From positions 1 through 17,112 of the forward strand of contig JBEKGO010000041.1 in NCBI GenBank assembly GCA_050012755.1: a stretch of DNA of 17,112 bases. Direction: 5' to 3'. A program made the translations under genes and the position numbers. Positions within the stretch are counted from its first letter, which is position 1. Every line of letters starts with the position of its first letter. A model generated the notes under the pieces. The model saw nothing but the letters and a program-made list of their open reading frames with translations. It was not told where the DNA came from and did not search any database. The DNA is from Candidatus Bathyarchaeia archaeon (GTDB lineage: Archaea; Thermoproteota; Bathyarchaeia; Bathyarchaeales; Bathycorpusculaceae). Positions 1-8,739 of this stretch are shown here, piece by piece.

Positions 1-2
1 AC

Positions 3-2567
3 CAAAACAGAAGCAGAACCCGTAATCGACGCAGTCACCGTATCCGTCGCAGTCAAAGTCTGAGAACCCGCAGTCTTCAACGTAACACTGAAAGAACCCA
101 CACCATTCGTGAGACCAGCGTTAGCAGGCAAAACCGCCTGAACATCCGAAGAAGAAAAGTGAACCATACCCGCGTAACCCGTAACCACGTTACCATACAG
201 ATCCTCCGCCGTCACCAAAACAGTGACAGAACTACCAGCAGTAACAGTTGTCGGAGAAGCAAGAACGCTAAAATGAGTAACGCTACTAGAACTTATCGTA
301 ACCGTAGTAGTCGCAGAGGTCACACCAGCAGAAGATGCAGTCAAAGTCGGAGAGCCCGCAACCGTGTCACTATAGTAGAAACTCGCAGTGCTTGATCCAC
401 ATGCGATAGATACAGACGTAATCTGGTTACTACCAGCGGAATCACTGAAGAACTTGCCGCCAGCAGAAGTAGAAGACAAACTCACAGTAGCACCGGAAGT
501 AACAGGGTTACCGTATTGATCTTGCAGCTGAACAGTAATTACGTTGGAAACTTGACCTGCATACAAAGATTGACCCGCACCATCGGTAAAAACCAACTTA
601 TAGGCCGTGGCAGAATTCACAAGGACAGTAGCATAACCCGTTATCGAAGACGTCATAGTATCAGTAGCAGTAATAACCCGATAACCATCAGTCTCTAGCG
701 TAACACTGAAAGAACCCACGCCATTGGTCAAACCAGAATCAGCAGGCAATATAGCTTGAGCATCACATGAAGTAAAATGAACCGTACCAGCATAATTTGT
801 GACTGTATTCCCATATTGATCCTTGGCTGTTACCGTAATACTGAATGCTTTACCCGCAATCGCGGAATCTGGAGCAGCAACAACAAAATAAGTGGCACCG
901 GCGGCATTAACTTGGATTCCAACCTGAGAGCCACTAACCGAACCACTCGTTGCAGAGATTGATTGGGTGCCTGAAGTTTTCAAAGTAACACTGAAAGATC
1001 CAACACCATTTGTTAGAGAGCCAGGTGGAGGTAACGTTGCTGCCAAATCGCTTGAAGTAATTGTCACTGTACCTGAGAACGCAGTGGCCACGTTGCCATA
1101 TTGGTCTTTAGCTGTCACTGTTACCGAATGAGCTGCACCTGCAATAGTAGGACTCGGAAACCCAGAAACCACAAAACTCGTAGCACTTGCGGCATTTACC
1201 GTTAAGCTGGCTGATGCAGATGTATAGCCAGTGGCAGATGCAACTAATGAAAAAAGCCCAGCGGCAGTACTCTTGAAATAGAAACTTGAAGTGCTGCTTG
1301 AACCAGAACTTATCGTTCGTTGATTATTCGAAATTAGAGTTGTGCCGCCTGAATTTGAATACCATACGCCGCTGGGAGACAAAGTAACCGTAACGCCTCC
1401 ACTTCGGGCATTCACAGGATTACCATATTGATCTTGCAACTGAACGGTAATTCCTCCGGAAGTAACACCAGCAGTTAAAGAAGAAGGCACACCTACAAAT
1501 GCCAACTTGGCAGCTCCAGCCGCATTCACTGTAATTCCAGACTGAGAGCCAGTGATAGTTGACGTCACGGTGTCAGTAGCAGTAATTGACTGAGACCCAA
1601 CAGTTTCCAAAGTAACACTGAAACTCTTGGAGCCAGCATCACCAGAAACAAAGGTGTAATCAACAGGCAGAACAGCCTGACTATCACTTGAAGTAAAGTG
1701 AACCGTACCAATGTAACCTGTGGCGACATTGCCATTTGCATCTTTAGCTGTCACCGTTACAGAATGAGCTGCACCAGCAATAGTAGGACTCGGAAACCCA
1801 GAAACTACAAAATTCACAGCAGGAGCCAGATTAACAGTTAATGATACTGTTGAACTCGTTGATCCTGAATAGTGACAATCTCCGCTGTAAACAGCTTGGA
1901 ATTTGTAAACTCCGACATTTGATAACGTGTAGGATTTGGAGGTAGCAGAACCTGAGGACAAAGTTCGTGTATCAAAAGTATTCCAGGTGCTTGAACCAGG
2001 AATTTCAACTTGGAACTGTACACTTCCAGTTGCCTCTGATGGAGAAATCGTTGCTGTAGCTGTTAAGGAAGCTCCTGCAATTTGAGGGCTAGTTTTAGAC
2101 AGAGTTAAACTTGTCATTGAACTTATAACGCAGTTTGCTGAGTCTACGGCGTCTGAAGAACCGTCTGATCCTGGAGGTTGAGAGTGGTAAAGTCTCACTG
2201 TTATAGAATAGGTTCCTGGCTGAGCGTAGGTGTGTGAATTAGATGTCCAAGTTCCTGAGAAATCATTGTCATCTTGAGTAAAGTGGACCGTTGAGGTCAC
2301 ATCTTTTGTTCCATCGCCCCAAACAACTTCAACTTGATATTGAGAAAGTTGTCCTTCGAAATTTTGACCGCTTGCGGAACCTGTTAAGGTAATGGGATTA
2401 AAGAAGGGTCCATTCCAGGGTGATAATCCATTTATGGTGGATATTTCAATGTCGTATGATTTGCCACATGCTTTTGCTACTCCGGCAAATCCACCTATGG
2501 CTGAGATGGATGATATTGTTATTAATGTAATTAGAAATAAGACTAATGCCTTATTGACATTTTTCAT
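3..2567 (-). CDS. Large secreted/cell-surface protein, C-terminus beyond the window (>855 aa): signal peptide, PKD-like domain, Ig-like domain, then tandem Ig-like 'D-x-Y-G-N' repeats
   Basis: Manual translation from ATG 2567: MKNVNKALVLFLITLITISSISAIGGFAGVAKA (signal peptide), then VVWGDG...HTYAQPGTYSITV (PKD-like), then YKFQAVYSGD (Ig-like), then repeats such as FVVSGFPSPTIAGAAHSVTVTAKDQYGNV and ITVQLQDQYGNPV. Frame is open to the window edge. AGAAGGAGAAGG SD-like sequence upstream. Absent from the ORF track because there is no stop in the window. Confidence 0.9.
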   Translation of the reverse strand, partial: MKNVNKALVLFLITLITISSISAIGGFAGVAKACGKSYDIEISTINGLSPWNGPFFNPITLTGSASGQNFEGQLSQYQVEVVWGDGTKDVTSTVHFTQDDNDFSGTWTSNSHTYAQPGTYSITVRLYHSQPPGSDGSSDAVDSANCVISSMTSLTLSKTSPQIAGASLTATATISPSEATGSVQFQVEIPGSSTWNTFDTRTLSSGSATSKSYTLSNVGVYKFQAVYSGDCHYSGSTSSTVSLTVNLAPAVNFVVSGFPSPTIAGAAHSVTVTAKDANGNVATGYIGTVHFTSSDSQAVLPVDYTFVSGDAGSKSFSVTLETVGSQSITATDTVTSTITGSQSGITVNAAGAAKLAFVGVPSSLTAGVTSGGITVQLQDQYGNPVNARSGGVTVTLSPSGVWYSNSGGTTLISNNQRTISSGSSSTSSFYFKSTAAGLFSLVASATGYTSASASLTVNAASATSFVVSGFPSPTIAGAAHSVTVTAKDQYGNVATAFSGTVTITSSDLAATLPPPGSLTNGVGSFSVTLKTSGTQSISATSGSVSGSQVGIQVNAAGATYFVVAAPDSAIAGKAFSITVTAKDQYGNTVTNYAGTVHFTSCDAQAILPADSGLTNGVGSFSVTLETDGYRVITATDTMTSSITGYATVLVNSATAYKLVFTDGAGQSLYAGQVSNVITVQLQDQYGNPVTSGATVSLSSTSAGGKFFSDSAGSNQITSVSIACGSSTASFYYSDTVAGSPTLTASSAGVTSATTTVTISSSSVTHFSVLASPTTVTAGSSVTVLVTAEDLYGNVVTGYAGMVHFSSSDVQAVLPANAGLTNGVGSFSVTLKTAGSQTLTATDTVTASITGSASVL
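1105..1812. repeat. Intragenic direct repeat, 72 bp (1105-1176 vs 1741-1812)
   Basis: 68/72 identical by hand alignment; the 4 differences are synonymous and both copies encode FVVSGFPSPTIAGAAHSVTVTAKD. Confidence 0.9.
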
Positions 2568-2890
2568 TTTAACGCCTTCTCCTTCTAAATTTTATGTCTA
2601 ATTTTCGTTAGTTTAACGCGCTCAAGAATTCATATAAGCCTTATTACGATTACCGCAATATTCGGAATAATAAACTATCAATACATACGAAATAAGGAGG
2701 CTGACGAAATTAAAAAACTTTTTTAGATTTAAAACGTGTTCTGTTGGTGCATGATTGGATGATGATTTTGAATCAAGATTATGTATTAAGTATTGTGTAT
2801 TAAATGTTTATATACAAGACACAGCATATTTTACTACAACATTAAGTCCAAAAAACTTAGCGCAAAACGGATTAACAGATTAAAGGAAGA

Positions 2891-3463
2891 ATGAAGGAAA
2901 AAATTATGCCGAAACTAACCGTCTTCGAAAAAAATGAAGCGGCAAGTCAAACGGAATCGGATTATTCAAACCAAAAGACCAATGAAAATTCATCGGAAAC
3001 AACTTCGATAACCGTCAATAAACCGGGCTTGATAGATATAGGAAGCTTTGATTCCGAGAAAACTAAAAAAGCAGATAATAAAGGGAGTAAAATAGACGTG
3101 CTATCTAATATTTCTGCGCAAAGAAAGTTTGATGACTACTTAATTGAATCAATTGATGAAGCATTAACCTCACTAGGAGCGCCAGTGAAAAACACCGTGT
3201 ATTTTCAGTTAGAGAATAACTTTAATATCCCAAAAAATGAAATCCCACAACAAATCGATGAATTCACCGATATCATGCATAAGATCTTCGGTCTAGGTGC
3301 TAGCCGACTTGAGATTAAATTTATGAAAAATCTTTATTCGAAAATACAGGTCAACATTAAAAGACCCGAATACGAATGGCCCCTGTCTAAATGGATAGTA
3401 GATGACATATCCTTCACAGCATATGTCCATGATATGCGCGAAAATTATTGTAACCCGCGATAA
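2891..3463 (+). CDS. Hypothetical protein with low-complexity N-terminus and NitrOD5/DUF3227-like helical domain
   Basis: ESIDEALTSLGAPVKNTVYFQLENNFNIPKNEIPQQIDEFTDIMHKIFGLGASRLEIKFMKNLYSKI resembles the archaeal DUF3227/NitrOD5 pattern; AGGAAG upstream; next to a receiver gene. Confidence 0.65.
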   Translation: MKEKIMPKLTVFEKNEAASQTESDYSNQKTNENSSETTSITVNKPGLIDIGSFDSEKTKKADNKGSKIDVLSNISAQRKFDDYLIESIDEALTSLGAPVKNTVYFQLENNFNIPKNEIPQQIDEFTDIMHKIFGLGASRLEIKFMKNLYSKIQVNIKRPEYEWPLSKWIVDDISFTAYVHDMRENYCNPR

Positions 3464-3539
3464 AATGCAGATATTTGAGAAAGTTGTGGTAATTGAAAAT
3501 AATAAAGTCAGACTTGCAAAATTGACGAGGTGAATAAGC

Positions 3540-3983
3540 TTGGAAAAAAATGCGAGAATCATAATCGTTGATGACGATGAAAATATAAGGAAAACCATGA
3601 AAGCTATACTTGAGGACGAAGGATACGTTGTTGATTTGGCGACTACAGGAAATGAAGCCATCGAAATGACCCAGGAAACAACCTACAACATTGCGCTCTT
3701 AGATATTCGATTACCCGACATGGAAGGCGTGGAATTGCTCAAATTAATCAAAGATAATGTTCCCAAGACACGAAAAATAATGGTAACAGGCTACCCGTCA
3801 ATGCAAAACGCAATCTCAGCACTAAACAAGAATGCCGACGCATATCTAGTTAAGCCTGTTGACATTGAGAAACTACTCAATATGGTAAAAGAGCAACTAC
3901 GATTACAGGAAGAAGAAAAGAATTTCAGTGAACAAAAAGTAGCCGAATTCATTGAAACAAGAGTCAAAGAAATTACTGTATAA
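3540..3983 (+). CDS. Single-domain response regulator (REC) with short C-terminal helix
   Basis: IIIVDDDENI acidic pocket, LLDIRLPDMEG phospho-Asp, MVTGY Thr, YLVKP Lys; TTG start preceded by GAGGTGA SD. Confidence 0.95.
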   Translation: MEKNARIIIVDDDENIRKTMKAILEDEGYVVDLATTGNEAIEMTQETTYNIALLDIRLPDMEGVELLKLIKDNVPKTRKIMVTGYPSMQNAISALNKNADAYLVKPVDIEKLLNMVKEQLRLQEEEKNFSEQKVAEFIETRVKEITV

Positions 3984-4002
3984 GCCTCGGGCAAATAAGC
4001 CT

Positions 4003-4025
4003 AAAAAAGAAAAATTTTCTTTTTT
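4003..4025. terminator. A/T-rich inverted repeat between convergent genes, probable bidirectional oligo-T terminator
   Basis: AAAAAAGAAAA-A-TTTTCTTTTTT gives U-tracts on both strands between the REC gene and vapC. Confidence 0.5.
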
Positions 4026-4093
4026 CCTATTTTTGTGCTAAAAAACTAACATGTTTTTAGAGTTATTCGAATTGTTGTGTGGCGCTGGAGTCT

Positions 4094-4531
4094 TCAAATC
4101 TGAGAAGACTTTTGGCTTGGATATTCAACGAGACCGTAGTATTTTGTGCCTTCAAGTTTTTTTGCAAGTTTCTCGTCAAGAGTCAGCAGTTGCGTGTTTA
4201 GCTTCTTCGCAAGTGACAAGAAAGCAGCATCGTAGACAGTTATATCAAGTTCCAAAGCAATGGCGATCGCGCCAGCAATGATCTCAGAAAAATCATGAAT
4301 TGCGAAGAGATTCATCAGTTCCATGGCTTGTGTGAAAGCTCTTGCTACATCATTTGCGTCAAACTGGTCAGATTCTTTGCATTTTATTGCATTTGCAACT
4401 TCGTAATAGTTTAAGTCCAGACCATGGATATCATCATACTTTGATAGTTTCTTGGAAGACCAGTCAGAGAACAATTCCGGTGTGACCATGGCAGCAATCA
4501 CAGATGAATCAACGACAACCTCAGTGGGCAT
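4094..4531 (-). CDS. vapC: PIN-domain toxin, VapC family
   Basis: VVDSSVI, YEVANAI, ITVYDAAFLSLA, LLTLDEKL motifs; overlaps upstream antitoxin. Confidence 0.92.
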   Translation of the reverse strand: MPTEVVVDSSVIAAMVTPELFSDWSSKKLSKYDDIHGLDLNYYEVANAIKCKESDQFDANDVARAFTQAMELMNLFAIHDFSEIIAGAIAIALELDITVYDAAFLSLAKKLNTQLLTLDEKLAKKLEGTKYYGLVEYPSQKSSQI

Positions 4532-4754
4532 GATCGCGGCTCTCCCTGATTATGTCTGCTGACGAAACGGTCACTCCAATCTTCTTACTGAGCTCGTTCC
4601 TAAACTTGTCAACCTCTCTCATCGCTTTCTTCATTTTCTTCCTTTTCACCATTTTTTCAAGGCATGTCCGGACTTCATCTGCATAATCTAAGTTTAACTC
4701 TTGAAGTTCTTCTTTGAGCTTCTTTGATACTCTGACCGCAATTACATCGCTCAT
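4521..4754 (-). CDS. vapB: VapB-type antitoxin (ribbon-helix-helix-like)
   Basis: MSDVIAVRVSKKLKEEL N-terminus and SSADIIRESRD C-terminus typical of archaeal VapB; 11-nt overlap with vapC. Confidence 0.88.
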   Translation of the reverse strand: MSDVIAVRVSKKLKEELQELNLDYADEVRTCLEKMVKRKKMKKAMREVDKFRNELSKKIGVTVSSADIIRESRDHAH

Positions 4755-4757
4755 GAA

Positions 4758-4809
4758 TAAACAATTTGTAAACAGAATATTTAAACGCTATGTTAACAAT
4801 ATGTAAACA
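4758..4809 (-). promoter_or_regulatory. Leaderless promoter with repeated TGT(A/T)AACA boxes, probable VapB operator
   Basis: TAAACA 4758, TGTAAACA 4767, TGTTAACA 4791, TGTAAACA 4802 surround TTTAAATA (minus strand, about 25-30 nt before ATG 4754). Confidence 0.55.
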
Positions 4810-4898
4810 AATATCAAAAAATCACATTTACACCTCAAAAGAAAAATACTTCCAAAGTTTCTTATAGAGCATATTCTCTTTAGAAAAATGGTGGTTGC

Positions 4899-5186
4899 AT
4901 GGCTCAGGAACAAATTAAGTATAAGCAGATTTCCGTTAAGCTTGTTGGCAGCAACGTTGTTAATTTCCGATTAGAAGATGGAACTTTATTAAAAATTTTC
5001 GTGGAAGTAACAAGAGCAGGTGTTGCTGTTGATAGAAAAGGTCCTGATGGCATGCCCATATACAACTTAAACATCAATACTAGACCTGAGCTGGAAACCA
5101 AGGACAGGATATACTTTGCTCCTCCACCGCAGGTTCCAACTCAAAGCGCAACCGACAAAAAAGCCGAAAAAGCCTATACAAGTTAA
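4899..5186 (+). CDS. Small hypothetical protein
   Basis: 95 aa, GGTGG SD, beta-rich core FRLEDGTLLKIFVEV...GPDGMPIY; function not recognised. Confidence 0.75.
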   Translation: MAQEQIKYKQISVKLVGSNVVNFRLEDGTLLKIFVEVTRAGVAVDRKGPDGMPIYNLNINTRPELETKDRIYFAPPPQVPTQSATDKKAEKAYTS

Positions 5187-5247
5187 TCGTTGAGTCCCGA
5201 GAAAAAATTGCGGCGCAAGAAAATCTGTTTTTAGAAAAAACCTTCTA

Positions 5248-5658
5248 TTATTTTAGCCAGGTTCTGAAAACTGTTGCTCCGAAGGATATGAAGCCGGTAA
5301 ATAGTAGGGCGAAGGCTAGAACGAGGTTTGTTAATGTGTTTGCCGCCGGATTTTGATTTAAGTATATGGTAACGGCGAAGAACATGTAAAATGAGGTAAA
5401 TATCGTCGCAAGTTGTAGCCAAAAAAGCATTTTTTTTCCCAAGTTACTTTTTGGTTGGAAATTGTATGATTTTTGAATTTGGATAATTTTTATGGCTGTG
5501 AAGATGTTTAGTATCGAAGCTACGATTAGTAACCAAAAGAGATTACCATTGATTAAGTATGGTTCGAAAACTTTCTGATTGCCTGCGTAAATTCCTGCTA
5601 GGAACCCAATTGCGTAAATTATGCATAAAAATGAATTTAAGATTAGTGCTACACTCAA
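5248..5658 (-). CDS. Four-helix membrane protein; possibly the frameshifted C-terminal domain of the upstream TackOD1-like gene
   Basis: Four hydrophobic segments. The only start is TTG 5658 with no clear SD, but the frame is open upstream to 5844, overlapping the end of 5757..6968. Confidence 0.7.
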   Translation of the reverse strand: MSVALILNSFLCIIYAIGFLAGIYAGNQKVFEPYLINGNLFWLLIVASILNIFTAIKIIQIQKSYNFQPKSNLGKKMLFWLQLATIFTSFYMFFAVTIYLNQNPAANTLTNLVLAFALLFTGFISFGATVFRTWLK

Positions 5659-5756
5659 TGGTTTCGTTCCATATGTTTTTAGCGTTTCCCAATCTATGGA
5701 TGGCTTAGTTTCTTTTTTTATTAGGTCATAGATTGGTGAGGGTTTTGATTGGTCTG

Positions 5757-6968
5757 TTAGGTTATGTTCTTTTTTTTTAATCCTCGAAATTTGCCGAAGA
5801 AGGATGTATTTTCTTGTTTGTTTTCCGGTTGTTGATTTTCGGATTCATTGATTGTTTTTTGGTTTATTTGGTTTATTCTATTTTCAATTTCTTTTTTGAT
5901 TTTGTCTATTGCTTCTGCTTGTTCGGTTGATCCTTCAATTAGTAGGATGTTGTTGCCTTCGGCTATTTTCTTTGCTGTATCACTTAGTCCTGGTATTGCG
6001 ACGAATATGGGGATGTCAACTTTTACTTCTGATATTTTGTAAAGGTACAGTATTAGGGGGGATGATTGAACTTCGGATTCGCTTACTGCATGATCTAGCG
6101 CTATAACGATTTCTTGTCCGTTGACTTGTTTTTTTGCAATAAGACTAAAGTGATGTTGCATTTTGCTCTTTTGCCCAATAGTCAATCCAGGCATCTCTAT
6201 GTCAAAGCCTAGCTCAGCTACAAGTGTTCGGATGTCTTCTAGACTTGCGACGTTTTGCCTTATTTCCTTCTTTTTTGTCAAGTTTAATGAGAATTTGGGT
6301 ATTTCTGTTACTTTCGCGTCTTTTATTGCGAAGCTTTTGTTGCAGTTGCGGCAGACTAGGTCAAATTCTGGATTTTCAAATTTCTCACCGCATTCCTGGC
6401 ATATGTACCAACGCCCCATGTTTCTATATTGACCTTCGAGAAGGGGTTCTCCGCATTTTGGACAACGATTATTTATGTATTTGTCTTTTTGATCGATATA
6501 TCCGCATGGAATATGTTCGGTTAAGCTTGTTTTTTCAACGTTGTGGCTTTTGCATTTGGGACATCGATTATGCAGTGTTAAAACTGTTGACTGACAATTT
6601 GGGCACGATGAAATTGAATCAAAAAAGTTTTTTTGCAAAATATTTAGTTGCGCAAGATTTTCTAAAAGATCTCTCGGTATTGTTTCTGCTTCGTTTTTAC
6701 TTGAAAGCCTGTTGGTTATTTGGTAAACATATCCTGAATTTGGAGCGTAGATGGGGACTATTTCTTCTTTATCTCCATCTTGGAGTAGTTTCCGTAGGAG
6801 GTCGCGTGCCTTGGGTTCGATATATGCCTCTCGTCTTTGCAGATCCATTTTGTCTTCCATATCCAAAGCTTTGATTGTATCTTTGTTTTTGTCTGAAGTG
6901 GTGTTTTCTTTTGGCTGCCGCTCAACCGTTCTTTTCGGATCATTTTTTTCTTCTTGATTTCTCTTCAT
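5757..6968 (-). CDS. TackOD1-like multi-zinc-ribbon protein with C-terminal degenerate restriction-endonuclease-like domain
   Basis: IVPIYAPNSGYVY then LENLAQLNILQK and six metal-ligand pairs (CPNC, CPKC, HIPC, CPKC, CQEC, CRNC); later GQKSKMQHHFSLIAKK resembles the G-x-SG-x-x-H-x-FD motif of archaeal Mrr-like domains. Confidence 0.8.
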   Translation of the reverse strand: MKRNQEEKNDPKRTVERQPKENTTSDKNKDTIKALDMEDKMDLQRREAYIEPKARDLLRKLLQDGDKEEIVPIYAPNSGYVYQITNRLSSKNEAETIPRDLLENLAQLNILQKNFFDSISSCPNCQSTVLTLHNRCPKCKSHNVEKTSLTEHIPCGYIDQKDKYINNRCPKCGEPLLEGQYRNMGRWYICQECGEKFENPEFDLVCRNCNKSFAIKDAKVTEIPKFSLNLTKKKEIRQNVASLEDIRTLVAELGFDIEMPGLTIGQKSKMQHHFSLIAKKQVNGQEIVIALDHAVSESEVQSSPLILYLYKISEVKVDIPIFVAIPGLSDTAKKIAEGNNILLIEGSTEQAEAIDKIKKEIENRINQINQKTINESENQQPENKQENTSFFGKFRGLKKKNIT

Positions 6969-7025
6969 GATCTGGCGACTTCCTTCTCTCGGATAGGTTT
7001 CTCATTTATATTTATATTGTTTTGT

Positions 7026-7850
7026 TTAATGTAGAAACAGATAGAATGCTATTCCTGAAGTAATGGCTAAAATAGCTACGTGTTTTAGTCCGTCAGTAAA
7101 TGAATCTTCATTGATTTTTCCTGCGATTAAACCGCCGAAGACTGCTTCTAATAAAGAGGCGTGTAGAAATAATCGTCTTGATGCTGCCTGTGTTATTATT
7201 GGTTTAATAAATGATGTAGTTGTTCCTGTGTGGCTTAGGGGAGCGAACATCATGTTTGATATTATTATGACTATGAATAAGAACATGAATACTGAGAAGT
7301 AGAATATTAGAACGTAGGGTTGTGTTTGTTGTCTTCTTTTTTGAGTCCAAGAGTTGACGCTTTCTAGGTATTTTGCGGTGGAGTCAAAGATGTCTGATAG
7401 GTCTCCTCCGTGTTTTCCGGCTTCATTTATCAGGATAGTTGCTTTTTTGATTAACGGTATGTCCACTCTGTCACTTAGTTCCATTAGGGCTGCATCGAAG
7501 TTCATGCCCCAGCTCATGTGTGCTACTAGTAGTTTTAGTTCATGTGTTAGTGGGCCATATTGTCGGTTGGATGCGTGCTCTAGAGCTACTTGTAGAGGGA
7601 TTCCTGTTCTTGAGGCGGTAGCTAAGTCTCTTAGAAAGTCGGGGGTTGCTTTTTCAATTTTGGCTTTCCATCTATTGTGTATCATGCTTGCGATGCTGGG
7701 AGGAATCACACCTATTGCTAGAGCTATCACCATCATATAGTCTAATGTTGGGGATGTTATGTAGAAAAATAGCGTCGGAACGAAGAAGATTATTGCTGCT
7801 ACTACAGAAATGTATGTTATTCTTTTTATTGTTTTTTTGGTTAGTATCAT
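7026..7850 (-). CDS. Type IV pilus/T2SS F-family membrane platform protein (TadC-like)
   Basis: IEKATPDFLRDLATASRTGIPLQVALE, MSWGMNFDAAL, GKHGGDLSDIF, GLIAGKI; multiple TM helices. Confidence 0.93.
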   Translation of the reverse strand: MILTKKTIKRITYISVVAAIIFFVPTLFFYITSPTLDYMMVIALAIGVIPPSIASMIHNRWKAKIEKATPDFLRDLATASRTGIPLQVALEHASNRQYGPLTHELKLLVAHMSWGMNFDAALMELSDRVDIPLIKKATILINEAGKHGGDLSDIFDSTAKYLESVNSWTQKRRQQTQPYVLIFYFSVFMFLFIVIIISNMMFAPLSHTGTTTSFIKPIITQAASRRLFLHASLLEAVFGGLIAGKINEDSFTDGLKHVAILAITSGIAFYLFLH

Positions 7851-7857
7851 TTAGCTC

Positions 7858-8739
7858 TCACTTTTCGAAAGTTGACATTATAACCATCATTATTGCGCCC
7901 ATTATTGGGATTCCAAGGTAAGTCAATAGGTAAAGTATCAGTGACATGCTTATGCCACCTACGTTGCCGCTGCCTATCATGCCTAATGTAACAAAAAGAA
8001 CGATGAAAAGTAATGGGGCTGCGACTAACATCATGATGTAGATTTCTGCCATCGCTGATAGTGATTCAAGCATCATGTCAAGTTTGCCCATTCGGTCTTT
8101 GGTTACTGTTTCAGTTGTGATTTTTAGATATTCTGTTGGGTTTCCTCCTGTTCTGACTGTTGCTACGTAGCCTTGTAGAATTTCGCTGAGTTGATCATTG
8201 GGTGTCAGCTTGGCGTTGTCAACGATTGAAGTCATGAGGTCATTGCCAAAGACTTCTATGTCTCTTATGATGTTGCTAAATTCCATACGCACTTCTTTGA
8301 GAGTATCAATTTTGGCCATTGACTCGAAAATGAGACTGGGAGGAACATTTGAACTTGAAAGAAGAGTAAGAAAGTTGGTTATGTAAGGCAAGTTTTTGTT
8401 TATGGGTCCGTTTCTGTTGCTTGCTTTCATGCCTGGATAAATGTACATTACTAAAAATGTCACCATTGCTGCTGATACTGCAATAACTAAAGTAAATGCG
8501 AAGTTCATTGTTGACAGGATTGGAACACGAGTTAAGAGTGGCAAGAGGATAAACGATAGGGGGATTGCTGCCGCAAAAACAATTATTGAGATTAACACCA
8601 TAAAGGCGATGTAGGCTTTGAATGCTATCAGTACCCCGCCTTTTTTGAGTTGAATATGGATCTCTTGAAACTGGGGGTATACCTTCTCTAATTTCTTGTT
8701 AAGCAGATTGTATGCTGTTGTCCAGGGTTCAAATTTCAT
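7858..8739 (-). CDS. Type IV pilus/T2SS F-family membrane platform protein (TadC/FlaJ-like)
   Basis: INKNLPYITNFLTLLSSSNVPP, IIRDIEVFGND, VRTGGNPTEYL, LSAMAEIY; ATG overlaps the ATPase stop (TAATG). Confidence 0.93.
   Translation of the reverse strand: MKFEPWTTAYNLLNKKLEKVYPQFQEIHIQLKKGGVLIAFKAYIAFMVLISIIVFAAAIPLSFILLPLLTRVPILSTMNFAFTLVIAVSAAMVTFLVMYIYPGMKASNRNGPINKNLPYITNFLTLLSSSNVPPSLIFESMAKIDTLKEVRMEFSNIIRDIEVFGNDLMTSIVDNAKLTPNDQLSEILQGYVATVRTGGNPTEYLKITTETVTKDRMGKLDMMLESLSAMAEIYIMMLVAAPLLFIVLFVTLGMIGSGNVGGISMSLILYLLTYLGIPIMGAIMMVIMSTFEK

Noticed and set aside
1-1830. CRISPR array or DGR template/variable repeat pair
   Set aside because: The repeats are in-frame protein modules, the differences in the 72-bp pair are synonymous third-position changes, and no reverse transcriptase or cas gene is present.
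159-2601. Short ORFs 159..395, 516..698, 777..962, 1838..2023 and 2392..2601
   Set aside because: Antisense or off-frame shadows of the long minus-strand surface protein gene.
3293-4281. ORFs 3293..3661, 3791..3994 and 4051..4281
   Set aside because: Antisense to the well-supported NitrOD5-like, REC and vapC genes; no motifs.
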